A stretch of 64,000 bases of DNA, from contig CAZHXI010000001.1 of assembly GCA_964536515.1 (NCBI GenBank), positions 31,480 through 95,479 of the forward strand, written 5' to 3'. The position numbers and the translations under genes were made by a program. Positions 56,315-64,000 of this stretch are shown here, piece by piece; the stretch's first letter is position 1; each line of letters opens with the position of its first letter. Under the pieces are notes generated by a model that worked only from the letters and a program-made list of their open reading frames with translations, was not told the origin of the DNA and made no database searches. This stretch comes from an uncultured Gammaproteobacteria bacterium. Lineage in GTDB: Bacteria > Patescibacteriota > Patescibacteriia > CAYZDG01.

Positions 56315-56758
56315 ATGTACGTCGGCGAGCAGCTAGCAGCAGACGTCCTGGAGGCGCAGAAGCGCCGCGACCAGTCTGCCGTAGATATCCTGCGGCAGCT
56401 TCGGTCTGCGTTCCACAATGCCGAGATTGCGGCGCGTGGCCAGCTCGACGATGCGGCGACGATCAAGTTCTTCCAGCAGCAGCTGAAGCAGCGCGAGGAG
56501 GCGTCGGCGGTATTCCGCAAGGCTGGCCGCATAGAGCTAGCCGAGAAGGAGGAGGCCGAGGCAGCCGTCATCCGAGGCTACCTGCCGCCGGCGATGACGC
56601 CGGAGCAGCTCGACCAGCTGGCTGCCGCTGCCGTGGCCGAGGCTGGCAAAGACTTCGGCGCGGCGATGAAGCTGGCCGTAGCCAAGGCTGCCGGGGCTGC
56701 CACGGGGCAGGAGGTATCGGCGGCCGTGCGCCGGGCAATAGAGGGTGCCGGCACGTAA
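56315..56758 (+). CDS. GatB/YqeY domain protein
   Basis: K.R.EA...F.KAGR.ELAEKE..E..VI..YLP. Confidence 0.9.
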   Translation: MYVGEQLAADVLEAQKRRDQSAVDILRQLRSAFHNAEIAARGQLDDAATIKFFQQQLKQREEASAVFRKAGRIELAEKEEAEAAVIRGYLPPAMTPEQLDQLAAAAVAEAGKDFGAAMKLAVAKAAGAATGQEVSAAVRRAIEGAGT

Positions 56759-56782
56759 ATCAATCCGAGATTGGAATTGTAC

Positions 56783-56810
56783 GTAGAGACGAGGCGCGCC
56801 TCGTCTCTAC
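56783..56810. repeat. GTAG-class REP-like palindrome
   Basis: GTAGAGACGAGGCGCGCCTCGTCTCTAC. Confidence 0.85.
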
Positions 56811-56881
56811 GGCGTTTGGCATCGCCACGCACCGCCGCCGTGCGTAGCCCTGCGGAGGGTATAGGTGGTATCATTGACGTC

Positions 56882-59800
56882 ATGATGCCTTCGTTGCGCT
56901 CCTGGCTAACAGTTCGAACGGGCATTGCCGTGGCCAGCGCGGCTGCGCTGGCATTGGGTACCTGGCTCGTCGGCAGCCAAATTGGCGTGCAGGCAAACCC
57001 ATCGGTCAATGGGGTCTGCGATGGCGCAGACCGCTGCCTTGAGCCGACCGAAGTCTCAACATTCTTGGGGCGGGCGATAGAGTCGGACCCAGACCAGGCT
57101 GTGGGCAAGCACGAGTGGGACTTCACGGGCACCGGCACCTACGGCAACGTCGTAACCTGCGTCGGCGCCGCCTGCCGGCAGAGCTGCAACGACCTGGCCC
57201 ACCCGCTGTGGCAGGACTGCTCTGCTACCGACTACAGCTACAGCAGCGAGGCTTTCTTCGCCTCGACGAATGAGCGGCAGGTTACGGTAGGAATGCGGGG
57301 CGTCGATACCGAGGGCGCAGCTGGAGTGGCCCAGACCCGCAAGGTCGGCGTGGCCATTGCCTACGTCGGCCCCGACCGAGGCAGCAGCAACCTAGCCGTC
57401 AGCGGCGTGGGCGCCGGCAGCTTCACCGTAACCTGGCGAGACGTTACCGATGTTCCCGGCAGCGCCTACACCCTGCACGTGGATAACCTTGACGACGGCA
57501 CGGGGGACACGATACCGGTTACCAACGACAAGGCTATCGGCGACGCCTACAGCGTGGCGTACACAGCTGATCCATCCACCGACTACCTCGTCTGGGTGGT
57601 GGTTTACTACCCCACGCCGACGGGCTCTATCGTGCGGCAGAACCTGCCCCCATCAGACCCCATCGTCGGCGTGCCCGTTACCACGCCGGCCAACGGTCTG
57701 CCGACGCTGACTATCCAGCGTCAGCCAGGAAACGTGCCGCCGGCGGCTGCGGCTCCGCACTACCAGCTGCTGCGGCAGGCCGGCAACGTGCTCACCCTCA
57801 ACATAACCGTGGCCGACCCAGACGGCGACCAGCTGGCCGAGCTACGCATCGACGGCCTAGCTTCGTTGCCCGGCGCAACGTTCAGCGGCTTCAGCACGCC
57901 GACCCCCGGGCCGGTGACCAGGACGATGACGTGGAACTTGAACATGGCGCCCCCGCCGAGCGGGGACTACTCCATTAACGTGGTCGCCCGCGACGTGGTC
58001 GGCGGCACGGCCAGCCGCGCCGTGGTCATTCGGCTTAACTCCAACCCCGATGCGCCGACCAGCCTGCAGGTGAACACCAACGATGCTACCTCGGGCCTGG
58101 CATCTGGCGACCCCAGCCCGGTGGCCCAGGTTATAGACGATAACCTGGCTGACCAGAACCTGAAGTTTACCTACCGCCACGCCGACCCAGACGGCGACGC
58201 CGCCGCCAACTACCGTATCCAGGTAGATACGGACTCTGCCTTCGCCAGCCCCCAGACGTGGGACTCGGGCAGCCAGAGCTTGGCGGTGGCCAACGGCACC
58301 CGCTCCGCTAACGTTACCTACACCGGGCCGGCGCTAGCCTATAGCACGGACTACTGGTGGCGGGTGCAGGTCGGCGACGGCAACGGCAACCTCAGCTCCT
58401 ACGGCGCCGGACGCTTCCGGCTGCGCCCCACCAACTACGCGCCCGTGCTCGACCCCATCGGCAACCGGTCTGTAGACGTGGGCGCCACCCTGACGTTCAC
58501 CATGACCGCTTTCGATCAAGATGTAGCCGACGGCATCCAGACCCTGAGCTACCTGGCCCAGGGCGGGCTGCCGTCCCCGCGCATGGCGCTCAACCCGCTC
58601 ACCGGGGCTTTCACCTTCACGCCTAGCTCGGCTGACCTGCCGCCGGCTAGCCCCTACACCGTTACGCTCTGCGCCCGCGATAGCTTCACCCCGACCCCGG
58701 CGCAGGACTGCGAGACGATTACCATCACGGTCAACCTCAACCTGGCCGCCCCGACCGGACTGAGCGTGAGCTTCACCAGCCCCACGGCCGGCACCGCGAC
58801 GTGGACCCACAGCGCCCCGGGCGAGGACGGCTTCCAGCTCGACCAGACCGCGCCGGTGAGCACCCCGAACATCCTCTCGGTAGCGGCGAACGTTACCAGC
58901 GGGAGCTTCACCTTCAACCAGTGCGGCAGCACCTCGACCGTCGGGTTCCAGGTGCGCGCCTTCGTAGATACCGGCGTGAGGCAGTTCAGCGCCGCCGCGA
59001 GTGGCTCGGCTAGCCGCCCCGGCTTCGCCACTCCCACCGGCCTCTCCGTCGCCGCGACCGGCAACACCACCGCTCGGCTATCGTGGACCCCGGGTACCAC
59101 CGGTCAGACCGGCTACGCCGTGTACAACGGTGGCACGCGGCTCGCCGACGCTCCGGCTGCGGCGACCAGCTACGACTTCTCCGGCCTCACCCCAGCTAGT
59201 AGCTACACCTTCCGCGTGCGGCCGCTGGTTGGCATCACCGGCTGCCTGCCGGGCAACGAGGCGCTGGGCGCCACCGCCAGCGTGGCCTGGACGCAGCCCA
59301 ACCCCGCCCTCACCGTTACGCCGTCCAGCCTCGCCTTCGGCAACGTGGTCAAGGATGCAAACTCGGCTACCCAGACCGTTACCGTTCGCAATACCGGCGG
59401 GGTGGTGCTGACGGGCATCACGGCGGCTATCGCGGGTGCAGATGCCGGCCAGTTCAGCCTGCTCAATACGCCGCCGGCCAGCCTGGCGCTCAACGCAACT
59501 TGGGATGCCCAGGTCCAGTTCCGTCCCACGTCGTACGGCGCCAAGTCTGCCCAGCTGCAGATTGCTGCGCCAAGCTTCGGCCTATCATCCAACGTAGCGC
59601 TGACGGGAACCGGGGTGCCGACCGCTCCGGTCATTACATCGGCGAGCTGGGACGCGAACGAGCCGAGCAGGTACAGCCTCGCCTGGACGTGGGGTCCCGG
59701 CGACCCGGATGACTTCTCGATACAGATGCCGCTGGGAACAGAGCAGTTCCGGCTGACCCTGGGCAACCAACGGGCGCGCAACAACCAGCTGCTGACGTCC

Positions 59801-61873
59801 AGCTACTGCTACTCCGCTACCGGCACGACCCACACCATCAACCTGCTGGCTTTCGACGGAGGCTACTCGGTACCGGCTACGGCGAACCTCGGCACGAGGC
59901 CCGGCTGGGAGGCCATGGGTGGGCCAACTTCGACGGTATGGCTATCGGATACGTCGGCTCGTCTGACATGGGCTGACCCCGCGCCCGCCCGTAGCCGCTA
60001 CGAGGTGCGGGTTTGGACTACCGCGCCTTCTCCCGTAGCGATCTTCAGCGCCACCACGACCGACGACGCCACGAGTATAGATCTCACCGGACTGGTGGCA
60101 GGTACCAACTACAACGTAACCGTGCGGCCGTTACGGTTGCCCATTGATTTGCCCGGGTGCTCCGCGCCGATTTACGGGAGCAGGGTTAGCTTCGCCTACC
60201 GTCAGCCGATTGTGGATATAGAAGTCTACGTGCAGGATACACCGGCAAGTTCGCCGCAGATATTTGAACTCGATGGGGGCGGAGTATTGCTGGGCGACGC
60301 TCTCTCGTTCCCATTACGTATCAAGAATAACGGCGACCCGATCGTCATCGGTGGATTCAGCTCAGAGATTACCGGCGGCGGAGTTCCGGGTGGCATTAGC
60401 CTCTCGACCAGCTGGCCAGTTACCGACTGCGGGGGTGGGGTGTTCGGCTTCTGTGGCGGAGCTACTTGGAACACCAACGTTCAGCTCGGCGTTTCTGGGA
60501 TGACTGGACCAGAGCTCGAGGTACGCGTTCAACTTGAGACTGGGGTGTACGGGCGGGTACTAGATTTCCCCATTCGGATGGTCGCACTTAGTAGCGACCC
60601 GGCAACCGATCAGGAAATATTTGTTACCGCAGCTGGGCATATCGGCGACTTCGGAAATAGCCAGGCACAGGCAGAGCAGGTCTCAAATGATTTCTGCATG
60701 GCGGACACCCGACGGAACCCCCTCAAGAGCTACAGGGCGTTGCTCTGGTACAGCAATAGCCCGTTGCCGGGAGTTCTGAGCCCGGGGACTCTGTATTTCA
60801 ATCGGTCGGGTGAGTTTGTATTCGGTACACGGCCGTCTGACGTTACCCCGCCCTATACCGCCCACCGACCCATATGGGGTGTGAGCCCGAGCGTCTGGTC
60901 TGGGCGAGGCATTGGAGGCGAAGCCTATAACTGTAGCGAATGGACCGGCAATGGTATGGCTACCGGTGCGACAGTCAACCCCAGCAGTTTGGGTCAGTGG
61001 AGCTTGGGCAGCGGCGCCAGTGTATGCTTTACAAATTCGAAGCCAATTTACTGCGTTTCCTACCCGACTACCAGCGTAACCGTGAGTCCCCTTACCCATG
61101 ATTTTGGATTCGTTCAGTTCAGTTCACCTGCGGCCACGCAGCAGGTGGTTATAACGAATACCGGATCGTCAAATGTTACGCTGACGAGCGTCAGCATTGT
61201 CGGCGGAGGGGGGGATTTCTCCCTCGTATCGCCCGTAGCGCTCGGCAGCTTCTCTTCGGGCCAAACGAGGACAGCTAATGTGCAGTACGATCCTGCGGGC
61301 ACACCTGGTTCGAATACGGCAACTCTAAGAATCGTGACTACGGAGGCCGGCACCATCGACGTTGCTCTGTCGGGTCACGGAATTCAGACGTTGAAGCGAA
61401 TTGCATTGGTGAATCCCCCCAACAATGGAGGTTTCCTTGCAGTCGGCGTCGGTACCCCCGAGCAGCGAGCTGATGCAATTTGTCAGGCGGATCCGTTGAT
61501 CGCGAGTTTGGGTGGAACTTGGAAGGCCCTGCTGAAGGCGAGCGACGCTTTCGTGGGAACTGCGTTGCACGGCGGCGTTACCTATGCCTCAGCTACCAAT
61601 CCGGGGTCGGTGCTATTCACGGCTGCCACGGATAACGATGTGAGCCAGCCTATGATATCCCCGTTAACTGGGAGCACGACTTACGTCTGGACTGGCGACT
61701 ACGATTTCGTAGGTGACTGCAATGCTTGGACCAGCAACAACGCTGGTAGCGGTGGAGCTGGGCGAGCCTGGACAGCTGCCTGGACACCCGCCGATCAGTT
61801 GCGTTGGTTTTCAGGAGGACTAGGGATAGCCTGCTACGGCTCAGTTCAAAAAATATACTGCGTGGAGCAGTAG
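56882..61873 (+). CDS. Large exported adhesin: FN3/Ig/cadherin-like and ASH (choice-of-anchor D) domains with two DUF1554/endostatin-like lectin domains
   Basis: Signal/TM; APTGL..W..Y..GL.P...Y.F.V FN3 repeats; P..L.FG.V......V.N.G ASH repeats; two IF(V)..G....(A)D..C....Y/W.ALL...VW.G....C..WT...C....IYCV units. Confidence 0.8.
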   Translation: MMPSLRSWLTVRTGIAVASAAALALGTWLVGSQIGVQANPSVNGVCDGADRCLEPTEVSTFLGRAIESDPDQAVGKHEWDFTGTGTYGNVVTCVGAACRQSCNDLAHPLWQDCSATDYSYSSEAFFASTNERQVTVGMRGVDTEGAAGVAQTRKVGVAIAYVGPDRGSSNLAVSGVGAGSFTVTWRDVTDVPGSAYTLHVDNLDDGTGDTIPVTNDKAIGDAYSVAYTADPSTDYLVWVVVYYPTPTGSIVRQNLPPSDPIVGVPVTTPANGLPTLTIQRQPGNVPPAAAAPHYQLLRQAGNVLTLNITVADPDGDQLAELRIDGLASLPGATFSGFSTPTPGPVTRTMTWNLNMAPPPSGDYSINVVARDVVGGTASRAVVIRLNSNPDAPTSLQVNTNDATSGLASGDPSPVAQVIDDNLADQNLKFTYRHADPDGDAAANYRIQVDTDSAFASPQTWDSGSQSLAVANGTRSANVTYTGPALAYSTDYWWRVQVGDGNGNLSSYGAGRFRLRPTNYAPVLDPIGNRSVDVGATLTFTMTAFDQDVADGIQTLSYLAQGGLPSPRMALNPLTGAFTFTPSSADLPPASPYTVTLCARDSFTPTPAQDCETITITVNLNLAAPTGLSVSFTSPTAGTATWTHSAPGEDGFQLDQTAPVSTPNILSVAANVTSGSFTFNQCGSTSTVGFQVRAFVDTGVRQFSAAASGSASRPGFATPTGLSVAATGNTTARLSWTPGTTGQTGYAVYNGGTRLADAPAAATSYDFSGLTPASSYTFRVRPLVGITGCLPGNEALGATASVAWTQPNPALTVTPSSLAFGNVVKDANSATQTVTVRNTGGVVLTGITAAIAGADAGQFSLLNTPPASLALNATWDAQVQFRPTSYGAKSAQLQIAAPSFGLSSNVALTGTGVPTAPVITSASWDANEPSRYSLAWTWGPGDPDDFSIQMPLGTEQFRLTLGNQRARNNQLLTSSYCYSATGTTHTINLLAFDGGYSVPATANLGTRPGWEAMGGPTSTVWLSDTSARLTWADPAPARSRYEVRVWTTAPSPVAIFSATTTDDATSIDLTGLVAGTNYNVTVRPLRLPIDLPGCSAPIYGSRVSFAYRQPIVDIEVYVQDTPASSPQIFELDGGGVLLGDALSFPLRIKNNGDPIVIGGFSSEITGGGVPGGISLSTSWPVTDCGGGVFGFCGGATWNTNVQLGVSGMTGPELEVRVQLETGVYGRVLDFPIRMVALSSDPATDQEIFVTAAGHIGDFGNSQAQAEQVSNDFCMADTRRNPLKSYRALLWYSNSPLPGVLSPGTLYFNRSGEFVFGTRPSDVTPPYTAHRPIWGVSPSVWSGRGIGGEAYNCSEWTGNGMATGATVNPSSLGQWSLGSGASVCFTNSKPIYCVSYPTTSVTVSPLTHDFGFVQFSSPAATQQVVITNTGSSNVTLTSVSIVGGGGDFSLVSPVALGSFSSGQTRTANVQYDPAGTPGSNTATLRIVTTEAGTIDVALSGHGIQTLKRIALVNPPNNGGFLAVGVGTPEQRADAICQADPLIASLGGTWKALLKASDAFVGTALHGGVTYASATNPGSVLFTAATDNDVSQPMISPLTGSTTYVWTGDYDFVGDCNAWTSNNAGSGGAGRAWTAAWTPADQLRWFSGGLGIACYGSVQKIYCVEQ

Positions 61874-61894
61874 CAGCCTGTACACTTAATCACC

Positions 61895-64000
61895 ATGCGC
61901 CGTTCGTCCATCGCCACCGCAATCGCCCTCGCCCTGCTGGTGCCGGGCGTTGCCCTGGCGCAGGATGCCAACTTCGGCCTGGACCAGCTGAGCAGCATCG
62001 AGATCGGCCGGCAGTCGCTGGTCGAGACAATTTCCGACATCGTCAACGTGGTGCTGGGCATACTCGGCATCGTGGCGTTCATCATCATCCTGTACGGCGG
62101 CTTCCTGTGGATGACCTCGAAGGGCGATGAGAAGATCATCGCCAAGGCTAAGAAGGTCATCATCGACGGCGCCATTGGCCTGGCCATCATTCTCGCCTCG
62201 TGGGCGATCGCCGCGTTCGTGCTCAACCTGCTGGGGCGGGGGACCGGCGTCGGGGGTAACGGCGACGGCGGCCCCGACGATGACGGCGGCAATACGTCTA
62301 CCTTCCGCTACCTAATGTGGACCGACCGTTCGCCGGACCCCAGCGATCCAGCCGCACCAAGGAACAGCCTGGCGGTGGTTACATTCAACCAGGATCTAGA
62401 CTGCACATCGGTTACGTCCGATTCGGTGGTACTGACCGGCCCCTCCGGCGTAGTCAGCAACGTGCACCTGCGCTGCAGCGGCCGCAGCATCACCATCCGT
62501 TCCGGCACGCCCTGCCCGGCGCCGCTGGACCGCGAGCCCGTGCCCACGGCGCAGCCCAACGTCTGCGGCAGCACGCCGCCCATTGCCCAGTGCCTGCGCC
62601 CCACGGCCTACTCCACCACGCCGCCGGCCGAGAGCTGCCAGCCGCTGGACCCCGCCGGGGCAACGGTGGCCCAGTGCCCCGGCCTGCGCAGCTGCGGCTG
62701 CTACGCCGCCGGCACCTACACGCTGCTGCTGAGGGGCGGGGCCAGGAGCGCGCTCAACCCGAACGTGCTGGAGGGTACCGACAGCCGCCGCCGCTTCATG
62801 CAGGCCGATGTGAGCTGGGACTTCGCCCTCTCCAATGAGCTAGACACCGAGGCGCCGCGCATCGAGAGCGTAACCCCGGCGCCAGACACGACGCAGCCGC
62901 GGAACATGAACGTTACCGTGCGCTTCACCCGTCCCATCGATCCGGCGACGGTCAACGATACGACGCTGCGCATTACCCAGGACGGCAGCCCCGTGCCGGG
63001 CCGCATCGTCGGCCTAACCACCCGCAGCGTCCGCTGGAAGCCGACCGGGGTGTGCGGCGGGGGAGCGCCGGCAAGCTGCGGCTGCTTCAACCCCAACGCC
63101 GATATTCGCGTGGAGGTGCACGACGGGCCCGACGGCATCCGCGGCGCCAGCTGCCTGGGGCTCGATACGTCCACGGGCCCCGCGGGCATGACGTGCACGG
63201 CCGGAGACATGTGCCGCTACAATTTCCGTACCAACGGCAGCGTCGACCTAGAGGCGCCCACGCTCAACCGAACCCAGCTCTACCCATCCGAGGGCGCCAC
63301 CGACGTAGACCGAGCCCTGCAGGTCGGCGCGCTGTGGCCCGGCCGGGTGCTCGCCACCCTCGACGATAGCAGCGGCATTGCCCTGGATACCGTGGACTAC
63401 ACCACCTACCTAATGTCCAACGATGTGCCGACCCGACAGGTGAGCGTCGGTGCCGTTACGCCAGATCGAGCTCAGTTCGGGCTGCTGCCCGGCACCGAGG
63501 TGCTGGCGCCCAGCCGTACCTACCTGCCCAGCCTGTACGGCCGCGGCGGCCTGTGCAGCGACGACGTGATGGGCATTACCGATAACGCGGGCAACGCCCT
63601 GGCGGGCCGGGTACGTTGGCAGTTCCGCACCGGCGAGAGCGTGAATGCTGGGGCGCCGCTCATCACCCGCGTCAGCCCCAACACCGGGCCGCACGGCCAG
63701 TGCGTCACCATCTTGGGTTACAACCTGGGCTGCTACAGCGGCGCGGGAGACGGCCCGGCCCAGGCGGGCCAGTGGACCGGCACGCAGTGTCAAACCGCCG
63801 CCGCAGCGGGGGAGGTAAAGGTTACCGATAGCTCGGGCAACCTGGTTACGGTGCCGGCCGGCGACATCCTATCGTGGGACGAGGTAGATCGGCCCGAGCC
63901 GTGCACGCCCGGCTCGAACTGCCCCAGCAGCTGCCAGGCAAGCACCTGCGCCGGCTCCTGCGGCAGCTGCGCCCTGGTGCCGAGCCCAGCGGCAGATAGC
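61895..64000 (+). CDS. TrbC/VirB2-like pilin domain fused to Ig-like (Big_5) and IPT/TIG domains, Cys-rich (partial; missing from the ORF track)
   Basis: ATG at 61895: MRRSSIATAIALALLVPGVALAQ..LGIVAFIIILYGGFLWMTSKGDEKIIAKAKKVIIDGAIGLAIILASWAI, then P..PRN....F...ID..TV repeats; the frame runs off the window end. Confidence 0.85.
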   Translation, partial: MRRSSIATAIALALLVPGVALAQDANFGLDQLSSIEIGRQSLVETISDIVNVVLGILGIVAFIIILYGGFLWMTSKGDEKIIAKAKKVIIDGAIGLAIILASWAIAAFVLNLLGRGTGVGGNGDGGPDDDGGNTSTFRYLMWTDRSPDPSDPAAPRNSLAVVTFNQDLDCTSVTSDSVVLTGPSGVVSNVHLRCSGRSITIRSGTPCPAPLDREPVPTAQPNVCGSTPPIAQCLRPTAYSTTPPAESCQPLDPAGATVAQCPGLRSCGCYAAGTYTLLLRGGARSALNPNVLEGTDSRRRFMQADVSWDFALSNELDTEAPRIESVTPAPDTTQPRNMNVTVRFTRPIDPATVNDTTLRITQDGSPVPGRIVGLTTRSVRWKPTGVCGGGAPASCGCFNPNADIRVEVHDGPDGIRGASCLGLDTSTGPAGMTCTAGDMCRYNFRTNGSVDLEAPTLNRTQLYPSEGATDVDRALQVGALWPGRVLATLDDSSGIALDTVDYTTYLMSNDVPTRQVSVGAVTPDRAQFGLLPGTEVLAPSRTYLPSLYGRGGLCSDDVMGITDNAGNALAGRVRWQFRTGESVNAGAPLITRVSPNTGPHGQCVTILGYNLGCYSGAGDGPAQAGQWTGTQCQTAAAAGEVKVTDSSGNLVTVPAGDILSWDEVDRPEPCTPGSNCPSSCQASTCAGSCGSCALVPSPAADS

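Overview
High-GC chromosomal window from a Patescibacteria (CPR; Parcubacteria-like, probably ABY1) genome. The lineage is inferred from gene families and gene order, not from a marker search. Housekeeping genes (leuS end, rsmA, efp-rpsR-ssb-rpsF, recG, sod, hup, parAB, rel, topA, dprA, mfd, pth, der, lepB, rpsU, four tRNAs) are interleaved with five kinds of accessory structure. (1) A split type-IV-secretion-like/pilin surface system with no relaxase in the window: a giant Cys-rich protein plus a VirB6-like gene, and a PrgI/VirB4 operon ending in a pilin-peptidase fusion. Its two operons share a near-identical 23-bp promoter, and giant lectin and pilin-Ig surface genes lie at the right end. 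(2) Self-contained single-gene cassettes, including a likely remote DGR target and a tandem paralog pair with a duplicated promoter. (3) A ~320-nt structured RNA resembling large SRP RNA but lacking the Ffh-binding motif. (4) Several REP-like palindrome and heptamer repeat families, two copies of which are translated in frame. (5) Translation oddities: a catalytically eroded HisRS, an initiator tRNA lacking the first of the three G-C pairs, and many apparently leaderless genes. No CRISPR array, integrase, transposase, reverse transcriptase or rRNA was seen. All family assignments come from motif recognition by eye.
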